64,000 bases of DNA from an uncultured Eubacteriales bacterium (GCA_902787685.1 CADAHH010000003.1:113472-177471), one strand, 5' to 3'. Shown: positions 19,890 through 29,662, counted from the stretch's first letter. Translations and numbers: made by a program. The notes: generated by a model from the letters alone, not told the origin.

Positions 19890-19910
19890 ATACAAAAATC
19901 AAAGTATAAT
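19882..19910 (+). promoter_or_regulatory. Sigma-A-type promoter of tRNA-Arg(ACG)
   Basis: TTGCAA (19882-19887), 17-nt spacer, TATAAT (19905-19910), 17 nt upstream of the tRNA 5' end. The -35 box lies inside the duplicated target. Confidence 0.6.
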
Positions 19911-19927
19911 ATATAAGTACATTATTT

Positions 19928-20004
<77 letters not shown>

Positions 20005-20122
20005 ATGACGTATCTGTTCGAACTTTTTATAGAACAGACGATATGAAATCAATCAGAAATGGTTGATTTTTTTTGTTGCGAAAAAAGTCATCCAATCTTT
20101 AAAAGAAAGGATGGTGCTTGAA

Positions 20123-20392
20123 ATGAAGATAATTAAAGAAGAATTGCGATTTGAGGAAAACTTAAAGAAAAGACTTGAATTTATATGTGAGTTTTCAAAG
20201 GTTACTCCTACTTTTATCAATGGTAGCATAAGAAAGATTGATAAAACTAACATCTCTTATATTGAGCCACATAGAGTAATTATTAAAAACACTACTTTTC
20301 TAGTTTTCAATTATTCAAATTATGTTTATATCTCTAATTTAGTAAACAAAATCCGATTATCTGAATTAGAAGAATATTTAAAAAAAATATAG
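20123..20392 (+). CDS. Hypothetical small protein
   Basis: 89-aa ORF counted from the internal ATG (MKIIKEELRFEENLKK...). No recognisable domain. It lies in the mobile-element-rich segment. Confidence 0.35.
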   Translation: MKIIKEELRFEENLKKRLEFICEFSKVTPTFINGSIRKIDKTNISYIEPHRVIIKNTTFLVFNYSNYVYISNLVNKIRLSELEEYLKKI

Positions 20393-20527
20393 TCTGTAAA
20401 AAATTGACATTTCTTTAAATCGTGATACAATATAGGCAATTAATTATGTATATTTGCTCGGCAAGAGCTATATATTTATGAGTACTTTGAAAAATTTATA
20501 TTATATTACAATTATGTTGTATTTTAT

Positions 20528-21356
20528 TTGTATAAGTGTCAATGATGTGAAACAAAAATATATAAAAAAATTATAATTAAATTGCATACTCTATCTTTCC
20601 TGTTAATTCTAGCTCCGAACGTTTTTCCTGCGGTGTTAAATATCCTAATACTGCCATTGGTATATTGTTTGATCTTTTTAAATATCTTTGTACTTGCTCT
20701 CATAAATCATCTATACTATAAAATCTTTCATTATCATTTCTATGACTTCTTTCTACTTTTCCATTATGTTCTGGCGTTCTTGGTTGTATTTTATGATGTT
20801 TTATCCCTAATTTCTTTAATGCTTCTTCTACTGGATGTATTTTTTTATTTTTGCTTGGTTATATGTGAATTCTATTCCATTATCTGTTTGAATTTCTTTA
20901 GGCTTGTATCCAAAATATTTTATTAGTCTTCTTATAAAATCTACCGTATTTGATGGTGTATGTTCTTCATACCAATACAAATACATTTCTCTTGTTGCTT
21001 CATCTATATTCTTGGTTTGTATGTGCATTTGGATGCTTGCTTTTTGGTTTATGTGATTTGTCCATTATGCTTTCTTTTGTTCCATCATATTGTTTATTCC
21101 ATCTCCATAATGAAATCCTTGATATATGGTACTTCATAATTTATATCTCCACAGTTTCTATACATTTCTACTGCATATTTTCTTGTATTAATATCGTGTG
21201 GAAGGTATCTTTTTTTATTATTATCTGTTATAATATTATCCATAAGTGGTTCAAATCTCCTTTATATAATTTGTTTCGCAACTTAATTATATATGAATTG
21301 AATCACTTATTCAATTCTTTATATTTTTTGTTTCACATCAATTGTAACACTACAAA
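20528..21356 (-). mobile_element. Internally deleted, frame-shifted IS remnant that keeps both terminal inverted repeats
   Basis: Ends tgtataagtgtcaatgatgtgaaacaaaaatata (20528-) and tatattttttgtttcacatcaattgtaacactaca (-21356) are inverted copies. The interior holds only fragments of an rve-type transposase. Confidence 0.7.
20577..21243 (-). pseudogene. Degenerate DDE/rve transposase gene (IS481/IS3-like), with multiple frameshifts and a central deletion
   Basis: Minus-strand fragments: MDNIITDNNKKRYLPHDINTRKYAVEMYRNCGDI.., ..DGTKESIMDKSHKPKSKHPNAHT.., ..FGYKPKEIQTDNGIEFT.., ..HHKIQPRTPEHNGKVERSHRNDNERFY... The + strand ORFs 20582-20926 and 20950-21387 are antisense artefacts. Confidence 0.75.
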
Positions 21357-21459
21357 ACTTGACAATATTCTAAAAATTTTTTATTAATTATTTTAATTTT
21401 TTTGAAAATATGATAATATAAACATAATAAAAAGTAAAATCACAAATGAAGGAGGATTA

Positions 21460-23556
21460 ATGAACGCAAAAGATTTAAGAACATTATTAGAACAATCTGA
21501 TGATAAATTTAGTATACTTTCTAGTTCTGAAACATTAGAGAAATATGAACTTACTGTTAAAGATTTTTTTGATTTAATTAGTGACTTTTTGAATGATGAA
21601 GAAAAATTCAGATTGTTGGAGTTTATTCAATTTAAACCTTGGATAAAAGGTGGTATAATTGGACTTATTTCCAATGAGAATATACTATTACAAATATTAA
21701 ATAATGATACCATTATGGATGGATTTGAAAATTATCAATTAATTGATATTATTATAAAAATGAACGATAGTGCAAAAAAACAATTATTGCATAATCAAGA
21801 CTATGTAGAAAAACATCAGATTGGTGATTATGAATTAAATAAAATCATTTCAAGTTTATCTGATAGTGCAAGAATAGAAATTTTACAAGATACAGATTTA
21901 GTTGCAAATAGATTACATTTGAAAGATTATCGAATTGCTGAATTAGTAAAGGGATTATCTGATGAAGATGAAAAAAAGACAATGCTCGAAATATATGAGT
22001 TACCAAATTATTTAAAAGTTGATATTATAAATACCCTTAATAGTGACACTAAAATAGATATATTGCTGAAACAAGATGATTTTAATAAATATGATAGAAT
22101 TAAAATATTACAATCATTAGATATTGAAAATTTAAGTGAATTTTTAAAACAGCATAGAGATTTTTGCAGTGAAAATGATATCCATCCATATGAAATTATA
22201 TGTAAATTAGAAGCTGAACAACAAAAGGAATTTATAACCAGATTAGAAGAAATTAATTTAACATTAAGTGAAAAAAGAGAAATACTTGCTACTCTAAAAG
22301 CAGAAATTAAGCAAAGTATTGATACAACTAATTTCCCAGAAAAATATAAATCAGCACTTAGTATACAAACAACAGAATATGGTGGAATAGTTAGTATAGA
22401 TTTTGCAAGAGCATTTGAAGATTATCGTGGATTGGATAATTTAATGAGAATTAATCCAGAAGAATTTACAGAAGAACAAAGAGCTCAATTTATGAAACTA
22501 TGTGAAATCTGTCCTAATTTACAAGTAGTAAGCACTTTAAGTAATTCTGTAGAATTTGTTTCAACGGCAAGTGAATATAAGGAAGCAGAAGAATGGATTT
22601 CTTCAATAATTGATAAATTAAATCCCGAATATTCACAAGCACAAAAGATGGCAATTATTGACAATGAAATAGGTAAAAAGATAAGTTATAGTCCAGATTT
22701 TGATACAGAAGTTTTTGATAGTGCTAATTGTAGAGCACTCTGGAAAATAATTAGTTCTGGCTATGGTGTTTGCAATGGAATAGCAAGAGCTGAGCAATAT
22801 ATACTTAATAGATTGGGTATAGAAAGTGAAATTATAAGTAGTGGTACACACGCCTTTTTAAAAATTAAAGATATCGAGCTTCCACTTGCAAACGGAGAAA
22901 TTGCACGAGGGAATACTATATTAGATCCAACTTGGAATTTAACAAGCCACCGATTTGGTGGTAAACCTAATAATTTTTGTATCAGTTATGAACAAGCAAG
23001 AAAAAATGATATTGATGCCGAAGGTAAAGACCATAATTGCCATAAAAATGATGAACAATTACAAGATGCTACCCTTAATTTAGATGAAGAAAGTTTAAGA
23101 GAACTTTTTAAAAGTGTTGGTTTAGCAGATAGAGATGGTCAATTTCCAATAAAAGATTTATTAGAAAAATCAAAACAATTAGATGAGTTTTATGCTAATC
23201 AACCTGACAAAAATATTAGTAAACAATTTTTATTATTAAGGCAAACCTGCCCTGAATTTGCAACATGCCAAAATTCTACTATGAGTATATTGAGTGATGT
23301 ACTTTTAAGTAATGAAAATTTGAAATTTAATAAATGCGTTGTGAATAGAGTATATAATAGAACGGATAAAGAAAAGAGACCAATTTTATTTGTTTATATT
23401 GATTCAAATGCACTAGGCTCAAAATTTTTCTTTGCTAATAATGATGGTGAATTTTTAGAATTACCACAAGAAGAGTTTATTAAAAGATTTGAATGCTATG
23501 AAGAAGACTTGAAAAAGCATAATCGGATACAGACCATGGGAGAATACAGAGCATGA
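21460..23556 (+). CDS. Large cytoplasmic protein with N-terminal helical repeats and a C-terminal transglutaminase-like cysteine peptidase domain. The annotated 3' end may be extended by a +1 shift at 23524.
   Basis: 698 aa. Recurrent motifs of roughly 35-45 aa (..ARIEILQDTDLV.., ..TKIDILLKQDDF.., ..DRIKILQSLDIENL..). Transglutaminase-core-like GYGVCNGIARAEQYILNRLGIESEIISSGTHAFLKI...ILDPTW. RBS 'gaaggaggatta'. Confidence 0.65.
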   Translation: MNAKDLRTLLEQSDDKFSILSSSETLEKYELTVKDFFDLISDFLNDEEKFRLLEFIQFKPWIKGGIIGLISNENILLQILNNDTIMDGFENYQLIDIIIKMNDSAKKQLLHNQDYVEKHQIGDYELNKIISSLSDSARIEILQDTDLVANRLHLKDYRIAELVKGLSDEDEKKTMLEIYELPNYLKVDIINTLNSDTKIDILLKQDDFNKYDRIKILQSLDIENLSEFLKQHRDFCSENDIHPYEIICKLEAEQQKEFITRLEEINLTLSEKREILATLKAEIKQSIDTTNFPEKYKSALSIQTTEYGGIVSIDFARAFEDYRGLDNLMRINPEEFTEEQRAQFMKLCEICPNLQVVSTLSNSVEFVSTASEYKEAEEWISSIIDKLNPEYSQAQKMAIIDNEIGKKISYSPDFDTEVFDSANCRALWKIISSGYGVCNGIARAEQYILNRLGIESEIISSGTHAFLKIKDIELPLANGEIARGNTILDPTWNLTSHRFGGKPNNFCISYEQARKNDIDAEGKDHNCHKNDEQLQDATLNLDEESLRELFKSVGLADRDGQFPIKDLLEKSKQLDEFYANQPDKNISKQFLLLRQTCPEFATCQNSTMSILSDVLLSNENLKFNKCVVNRVYNRTDKEKRPILFVYIDSNALGSKFFFANNDGEFLELPQEEFIKRFECYEEDLKKHNRIQTMGEYRA

Positions 23557-23619
23557 AAAAGAAGATATCGATTTATCAAAGAGTTCTGGGAAAATTGTAG
23601 CTGAGAAGGAGCAAGAAAT

Positions 23620-23844
23620 ATGAATATTATAAAGAAAATACTTTTATTTATAAAAAATAAATTTATAAATAAAGATACAGTAAAAAAATTACAAGAGCCA
23701 AAGATTTCTATTGAACAAGATGAAAAAATGACTTTTATGCAATCTTTGAGAATAACTACTACAGAAAAAAATTTAAAGAAAAAAGTTGAAACTTTAACTT
23801 GTAATGGAGATGGATTAGGAATACAAAAAAAGATAACTTGTTAG
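23620..23844 (+). CDS. Small basic protein or peptide of unknown function
   Basis: 74 aa, MNIIKKILLFIKNKFINK...LTCNGDGLGIQKKITC. RBS 'gagaaggagcaag'. The start overlaps (ATGA) the stop of the +1-frame extension of the upstream gene. Confidence 0.45.
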   Translation: MNIIKKILLFIKNKFINKDTVKKLQEPKISIEQDEKMTFMQSLRITTTEKNLKKKVETLTCNGDGLGIQKKITC

Positions 23845-23856
23845 ATAAAAAGATGA

Positions 23857-23880
23857 TAGCAGAGTTTTTTGACTCTGCTA
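23857..23880. terminator. Bidirectional terminator between the 74-aa ORF and tnpV
   Basis: tagcagagt tttttg actctgcta perfect 9-bp stem with flanking A/T runs. Confidence 0.6.
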
Positions 23881-23889
23881 TTACAATTA

Positions 23890-24240
23890 TTAACAATAAA
23901 TTAGTTCTGAATATATAATTTCTTCAGCAGAATGCTTATAATTATTCATAAGCCCAGTCCATCTAAATGGGTCAGTATTCTTTAAATTTTCAGCAATAGG
24001 ATTTTTATCTAACATTTGTTTCATAAGTATTTCAAGTTCTTCTTTAGCTTGTATATCAGTATATACAATATGTTTTCTTAAAGTACCATCTAAAAGCATT
24101 ATAGAATATTCAGCTTTTTTATGCTCCTTCAAATATTGTTGTCCATACTTTCCAATTTGATAATCCTTTTTATAATCTTCTTCTAAATATAAATCTGGAA
24201 TATAATAATTTCCTTCTTTGTGATAAGTTATCTCTACCAT
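23890..24240 (-). CDS. tnpV: TnpV-like transposon-encoded protein
   Basis: 116 aa. MVEITYHKEGNYYIPDLYLEE...IGKYGQQYLKEHKK...WTGLMNNYKHSAEEIIYSELIY matches the pattern of TnpV proteins of clostridial mobilisable or conjugative transposons. RBS 'taggagga'. Confidence 0.65.
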   Translation of the reverse strand: MVEITYHKEGNYYIPDLYLEEDYKKDYQIGKYGQQYLKEHKKAEYSIMLLDGTLRKHIVYTDIQAKEELEILMKQMLDKNPIAENLKNTDPFRWTGLMNNYKHSAEEIIYSELIYC

Positions 24241-24547
24241 AATAAAATCCTCCTAAAATTTAATTTCACTACTTTTAGAACTAAATTTCATATCGCTTCA
24301 GCTGATTAAAAAAATATAATTTTTAAAGTGTACTTAAATAATTCTTACTGGGTTAGGACTTATGACAAGGTCAAAGTCCTGTAAAAATACTTTGTATTTT
24401 TACAAAGCCTTCGGCTAACAAATGCACACAAATTTTTAACAAAATTTGGCGCACAAGCAAAGACGTGACATATTAAGTTGAGCATGTTTAAATTATGAAA
24501 TCATGTCACTTTTGCTTGATGAAGCAATTTCAAAGGAGGTGCTTTTA

Positions 24548-25088
24548 ATGGAACAAGAATTAGCATATTCTTTTCATTTGGGTAGTGATAAGAATAAAAG
24601 TAAATTAGCAAAGAAAGTATCAAAAGGAAATGTATCTGGTACTACTTCTTTCTCAAATAATGCTATTCAAAATGCAAAAGGAAACATTATGATTATCAGA
24701 ACAACAAGTGGCGACATTCTCAAAGGCAATGAAACTCGGATTGTATTCGCAGTCAATGCCGAAGGCGTAAACGATTCTGGTTTCGCAGGTGTAATCTGAC
24801 GAAGGTTTTGGCCTGAACTGGCTTACATTGGGGAAACTCAGTTAGGTACAGTTCTGACAAAAAAAGGTGGATGGCGTGGAGTTCTTCGCACTGTGCTGCC
24901 ACTCTCTGGAAAATGGTTGGAACAACCAGAAAGAGGTCATTACCAAGTGCTTTGACGCTATTCCTGGCGACGAGCCCGTTGCGTCAATCTCAATTGGAAC
25001 TGGTCTCATAGGCGTTCTCAGTGGAGCTAATTTCGCCTTGATCAAAGCGGGAATGGAAGCTTCGAAGAAAGAGATAATTCTCTACTAA
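24548..25088 (+). pseudogene. Macro-domain-like gene of foreign (GC-richer) origin, inactivated by an in-frame TGA and a +1 frameshift in an A-run
   Basis: Joined frames read ..IMIIRTTSGDILKGNETRIVFAVNAEGVNDSGFAGVI*RRFWPELAYIGETQLGTVLTKK/VDGVEFFALCCHSLENGW...VASISIGTGLIGVLSGANFALIKAGMEA. The pattern GD(I/L)...I.h.vN..G.mg.G.A..I...(F/W)Pe is macro-like. Stop at 24797-24799. The frame change lies within 24858-24866 (a 7-A run). Local GC is clearly above the window background. Confidence 0.5.
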
Positions 25089-25131
25089 TCCGTAACTGAG
25101 CACATCGGGTACAATTGAATAACATGCCGAG

Positions 25132-25151
25132 AAAGGAGACCTGTGTCTCCT
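25132..25151 (+). terminator. Rho-independent terminator
   Basis: aaggagac ctgt gtctcctt followed by ttttt. Confidence 0.7.
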
Positions 25152-25375
25152 TTTTTGGTGGAAATTAATAAATTTATATCAAATTTTAAAAAATTTATTG
25201 TATTTTATAAAATATATGATATACTATAATAAATTGATTGATTTTAATATCAATCGTCAAGCGAGCCAAGGCGAGTTGTAAATATCTACGTCGTTGGCAC
25301 CATACTTTATAATAATTCTAAAAAATGCATATTATTAGTTTTTTAGAGAAAAATATTATAAAGGATGGTATTATA

Positions 25376-26227
25376 ATGATTGATATAACAATATTAAAAA
25401 TAAATTTCATTGAAATATTAGAAACCATACTAGGAGCATTTATTATGGCTATTGCGGTTTCTCTTTTTTTGCTTCCTAATGAATTATCATCAGGAGGCTT
25501 TTCTGGAATTGCTACAATTCTATACTATTTGTTTAATTTTCCTGTTGGAACAACTATAATTGTACTAAATGTTCCATTATTTATATTTGCAACATTAAAA
25601 ATAGGAAAAAGATTTTTATTAAAATCATTACTTGGAACTTTAAGTTTATCAGTTTTTATTGATATTTTAGAAAAACTAACACCAATTACTCATGATAAAA
25701 TACTAGCATGTGTATATGGGGGGATTCTAACTGGTTTAGGTACTGCTTTAATTTTAAGAGCACATTCATCAACAGGAGGTTCTGATTTAGCAGGTAATAT
25801 TATAAAAGAATATAAACCAATGGCTAGAACAGGAAATTTGATAATGATAATTGATGCAATAATTGTAGTATTAAATGTTATATTTTTAAAAAAAGTTGAG
25901 ATTGCTTTATATTCAGCAATTACAATTTACCTTATGGGAAAAGTAATTGATATAATATTTGAAGGAATTTATTTTACAAAATTGGTGTTTATAATAAGTG
26001 ATAAAAGTGAAGAAATATCAAAAATAATAGTAAATAATATAAAAAGAGGAGTAACAGGAATTTATGGAAAAGGAATTTATACAAAGGAAAATAAATTAGT
26101 TTTAATGTGTGCAATTGGGAGAAGAGAATTGGCAGAATTGAAAAGTTATATAAAAGAAATAGATCCAAATGCATTTTTAATTATAACAAATTCTAGAGAA
26201 GTGCTAGGCACTGGGTTTAAAGAGTAG
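25376..26227 (+). CDS. YitT-family membrane protein (DUF2179 C-terminal domain)
   Basis: SSGGFSGIATILYYL..GTTIIVLNVPLFI, several TM helices, and a soluble C-terminal domain. The start is at the ATG after 'aaaggatgg'; the track ORF begins 51 nt upstream. Confidence 0.75.
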   Translation: MIDITILKINFIEILETILGAFIMAIAVSLFLLPNELSSGGFSGIATILYYLFNFPVGTTIIVLNVPLFIFATLKIGKRFLLKSLLGTLSLSVFIDILEKLTPITHDKILACVYGGILTGLGTALILRAHSSTGGSDLAGNIIKEYKPMARTGNLIMIIDAIIVVLNVIFLKKVEIALYSAITIYLMGKVIDIIFEGIYFTKLVFIISDKSEEISKIIVNNIKRGVTGIYGKGIYTKENKLVLMCAIGRRELAELKSYIKEIDPNAFLIITNSREVLGTGFKE

Positions 26228-26405
26228 TTACAAGATAATGGCTTTAATTTTATGGAAGAAAGCGTAAATATATTATTTTTCAAAATAATATATTTACACT
26301 TTCTAAGTCTTAAAAGCATTATATATTACCATATAAAAAACAATTGACAACAAGATGTTTTTATAGTAGAATAATTTTGAAAAATTAGATTTAATTGGAG
26401 GCAAT

Positions 26406-27920
26406 ATGAGTAGAGGAAGAAGATATAATGAAGATGAAAAAATAAATATGAAAAAGGTATGTGCAGTAATTATTGTATTTATAGTAATAATTATAGTGGC
26501 TATTATGATTAGAAAACTATTAATCACAGCTAAAAATACAAAACCTGCAGAAGCAATAAATTATTATGCATTATATCAAGACAATAAATGGGGAATAATT
26601 GGAACAAATGGTGAAATAATAATAAATCCAATGTATCAAGAGATACCTATTGTTGTTGATAAGGAAAAAGATATATTTTTATTTACTTATGATATAAATG
26701 AGGAAGAAGGTACATATAAAACAAAAGCAGTAAATAAAAATAATGAAGAATTGTGGAATAACTATGATAAAATTGAAGCGTTAGAAAACTATGATAGTTC
26801 TGAAAATGTTTGGTATGAAAAAAATGCATTAAAAGTCCAAAAAGATGGAAAATGGGGATTAATCAATTTAGAGGGTAAAGAAATATCAGAAGTTATATAT
26901 GATGATATAAAAACATTAAAAGGAATAGAAAACAGTATTTTAGTAAAAAAAGATGACAAATATGGATTATTAAATTGCAAAGGTGTAAAAATACTAGATA
27001 CAGTTTATTCTGATATTACTTGCTTTGGGGATAATTATATTAATGGTTATATCACAAAGAATGAAGACGGAAAATATGGAATTGTTAATGTATCAGGAGA
27101 AACAATACTTGATAATACTTATGAAGAAATAGAGAATATATATAGTGATAAATATTTTGTTATTGTTGAAAATGGAAAACAACAATTAATTAATAAAGAT
27201 AAAGAAAAAGTACTTACAGATAATTTTGATGAAATAAAGCAAATTACATCATTTGGAATAGTATTTATTAAGGATAGTAAATACGGAATTATGGATTTTG
27301 AAGGAAATATCCTATTAGATGCAGAATTTGATGTGTTAAACGAAGTAAACACAGGGGTGCTTTTAGCACAAAAAGATGGTAAAGTTGGATTAATTGATAA
27401 AGAAAAAAATGAGAAGGTAGCATTTAATTTTAAGAATATTTATTATAATGATAAAGCCAATATTTATATTGCAGAAAATGAAGATTTAACACAAACAATT
27501 ATAGATTCAAATTTTGAAACTAAAATGATTGGAATTTTATCTGAACTAAATACAGATAAAGGATATATGAAAATAAAGATAGATGATGGATATAAATATT
27601 ATAACTATAAATTTGAAGAAAAGGACATAAAAGACATTTATCTAAATAATAATATTTATTTAAGTAAAAAAGACGGAAAATTTGGATTTGTTGATAGTAA
27701 AGGAAATGTAGTTGTTGATTATAATTATGATGATGCAACTGAAATAAATGAATATGGTTATGCTGCAATAAAAAAAGATGGATTATGGGGATCAATAGAT
27801 AAAGAAGGAAAAATAGTTGCAGAACCAACATATAATTTAGACAACAATTTGAAAATTGATTTTATAGGAAAATGGCATTTAGGTGTAGATTTAAATATGA
27901 ACTACTATTGTGATAAATAA
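26406..27920 (+). CDS. Membrane-anchored WG-repeat (KWG-like) protein
   Basis: N-terminal TM followed by at least 10 repeats of the type DGKWGLINLEGKEI / DDKYGLLNCKGVKIL / DGKYGIVNVSGETIL. Confidence 0.75.
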   Translation: MSRGRRYNEDEKINMKKVCAVIIVFIVIIIVAIMIRKLLITAKNTKPAEAINYYALYQDNKWGIIGTNGEIIINPMYQEIPIVVDKEKDIFLFTYDINEEEGTYKTKAVNKNNEELWNNYDKIEALENYDSSENVWYEKNALKVQKDGKWGLINLEGKEISEVIYDDIKTLKGIENSILVKKDDKYGLLNCKGVKILDTVYSDITCFGDNYINGYITKNEDGKYGIVNVSGETILDNTYEEIENIYSDKYFVIVENGKQQLINKDKEKVLTDNFDEIKQITSFGIVFIKDSKYGIMDFEGNILLDAEFDVLNEVNTGVLLAQKDGKVGLIDKEKNEKVAFNFKNIYYNDKANIYIAENEDLTQTIIDSNFETKMIGILSELNTDKGYMKIKIDDGYKYYNYKFEEKDIKDIYLNNNIYLSKKDGKFGFVDSKGNVVVDYNYDDATEINEYGYAAIKKDGLWGSIDKEGKIVAEPTYNLDNNLKIDFIGKWHLGVDLNMNYYCDK

Positions 27921-27950
27921 TATATAAGAACAAAAGGTAAGGAGAAAAAA

Positions 27951-29186
27951 ATGGAGCTAAAGACGAGGTACCAATATACATACTTTATAAATCCCTTTAT
28001 AATAAAGGAGAGCAAATATTCAAAATATATATTAAAACTACTTAAAGATAAAAGATTTGATTTGAGGGTTTTTGATAAAAACAAAGATTTAGAAATATAT
28101 ACACATTTTTTGCCTAAAATTAGAGAACTGCTTTTTAGTACATTTGAATTATCAGAAAAGCAAAAAATAATTAAATTTAATGAATTACCATTAGAAACTA
28201 AATCTGCTGTTTTAGCTAAATATCCATGTGTTACATTTGAATACAAATTACCACAAGATATTCAAGGGAAAACAGTTGATGAAAACAGTATATTTTTCAA
28301 AATTCAAAAAATAGGAATCGTATTATTTAATACAGGAATTTGTTTTCTTTATTTAAAAACCAATATTGAAGACAGCGAAGAATTTAGTAATGTATTAAAT
28401 TTTAATTATAAATTTAGAGACATTAACCAAGAAGGAAATAATTTAAATAACTATGATAATATAAAGGTACAGGAAGATTCTTTTGAAAATGTATCAGCTA
28501 TAAAAGATTTTATTTCAAGTATTACAGGTGAAAATATTGATGCTTTAAAATACAATATTGATATAGAAAGATTTTATACATATTCATTTACATGTATTAA
28601 ACAGGATAGTTGGAATATAAACACATCATTTGACAATATAAAAAATGAATTTTTGAAATATGTAAATATTTTACCTTTTGATAGTGATAAGAATATTGAT
28701 ATTATTGAAAGCTCTAAAGTAGTTGCAAATTCCAAGTTTTCTAAAATAGGAATTACAAAACTAGGGGTGAATCTACTTAGTTCAGATTGTGATTTAAATA
28801 ATTATACAGTGTTGCCTGTAGAATTTGAAAGTCAATATTTCTATTCATATTTGCTTTCTTTATATCTTAAAATATATTTACAGAAATTAAATTATGAGTT
28901 TAAAGAAGGAAAAGGTATTGAAAAGAGTAGAAAGGCATTTATAGATTTTACAAAAAATATTTGGATACAAGAAATTACGTCAGAAGATATTGGAAGTTTA
29001 TATTATAATTATTTAAAAGAAAGTCTTGAAGTTGAAAAAACATATAATGAAGTAAAAAATAAGTATAATATATTATATAGTGAATTAAAGATTGAAAAGA
29101 GTGAAAAAATGACAAGATTTGTATTTCTTGTTCTAATTGTTACATTGATTTTTAATATTGTTAATTTTATTTTGTATTTTAAATGA
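27951..29186 (+). CDS. Hypothetical protein with a single C-terminal TM helix
   Basis: 411-aa ORF with RBS 'aaggagaaaaaa'. C-terminal TM helix FVFLVLIVTLIFNIVNFILYF. No domain was recognised. Confidence 0.5.
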   Translation: MELKTRYQYTYFINPFIIKESKYSKYILKLLKDKRFDLRVFDKNKDLEIYTHFLPKIRELLFSTFELSEKQKIIKFNELPLETKSAVLAKYPCVTFEYKLPQDIQGKTVDENSIFFKIQKIGIVLFNTGICFLYLKTNIEDSEEFSNVLNFNYKFRDINQEGNNLNNYDNIKVQEDSFENVSAIKDFISSITGENIDALKYNIDIERFYTYSFTCIKQDSWNINTSFDNIKNEFLKYVNILPFDSDKNIDIIESSKVVANSKFSKIGITKLGVNLLSSDCDLNNYTVLPVEFESQYFYSYLLSLYLKIYLQKLNYEFKEGKGIEKSRKAFIDFTKNIWIQEITSEDIGSLYYNYLKESLEVEKTYNEVKNKYNILYSELKIEKSEKMTRFVFLVLIVTLIFNIVNFILYFK

Positions 29187-29281
29187 TGTATGAGGTCAGA
29201 GGTTGGAAGTATGATTTTTGGCTTCTTACCTCGTTTTTAATAGGTATGTATAAGGAATTTTACTAGAATTGTAGGAGTTAT

Positions 29282-29662
29282 ATGAGAGTTAAGTGTGGAG
29301 TTGATATAATAGAGATTTCCAGAGTTCAGAAAAGTATTGACAATTTAGGAGATAGTTTTTTAAATAAAATATTTACAGAAAAAGAAATTGAATATTGTGA
29401 AAAAAAAGGAAAGACTAGATATGAACATTATGCTGCTAGATTTGCAGTAAAAGAAGCGGTATTTAAAGCAATATCAAAAACACTAGAAAATAAATACTCA
29501 ATTTCTTGGAAAGATATTGAAACTACTAATGATGAACAAGGAAGGCCTAGAGTTGAAATATCAAATATTAATAACAATATTATTGAAGATATAGATATTA
29601 GTATTTCACACTGTAAAGAATATGCTATAGCAAATGCAGTTGTAGTATTGAATAATGAATAG
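29282..29662 (+). CDS. acpS: Holo-[acyl-carrier-protein] synthase
   Basis: 126 aa. GVDIIEISRV..., FTEKEIEYC, RFAVKEAVFKA, ISISH are typical AcpS motifs. Confidence 0.85.
   Translation: MRVKCGVDIIEISRVQKSIDNLGDSFLNKIFTEKEIEYCEKKGKTRYEHYAARFAVKEAVFKAISKTLENKYSISWKDIETTNDEQGRPRVEISNINNNIIEDIDISISHCKEYAIANAVVVLNNE

Noticed and set aside
20582-21387. Two + strand ORFs (114 aa and 145 aa) rich in Phe/Leu/Cys.
   Set aside because: They are the antisense of a recognisable but degenerate rve transposase on the minus strand. Their translations have no protein-like features.
24797-24799. In-frame TGA in the macro-like gene as a possible selenocysteine or recoded codon.
   Set aside because: TGA clearly terminates native genes here, for example essC. 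There is no SECIS-like hairpin immediately downstream, and the gene also carries a homopolymer frameshift. Plain pseudogenisation is the simpler reading.
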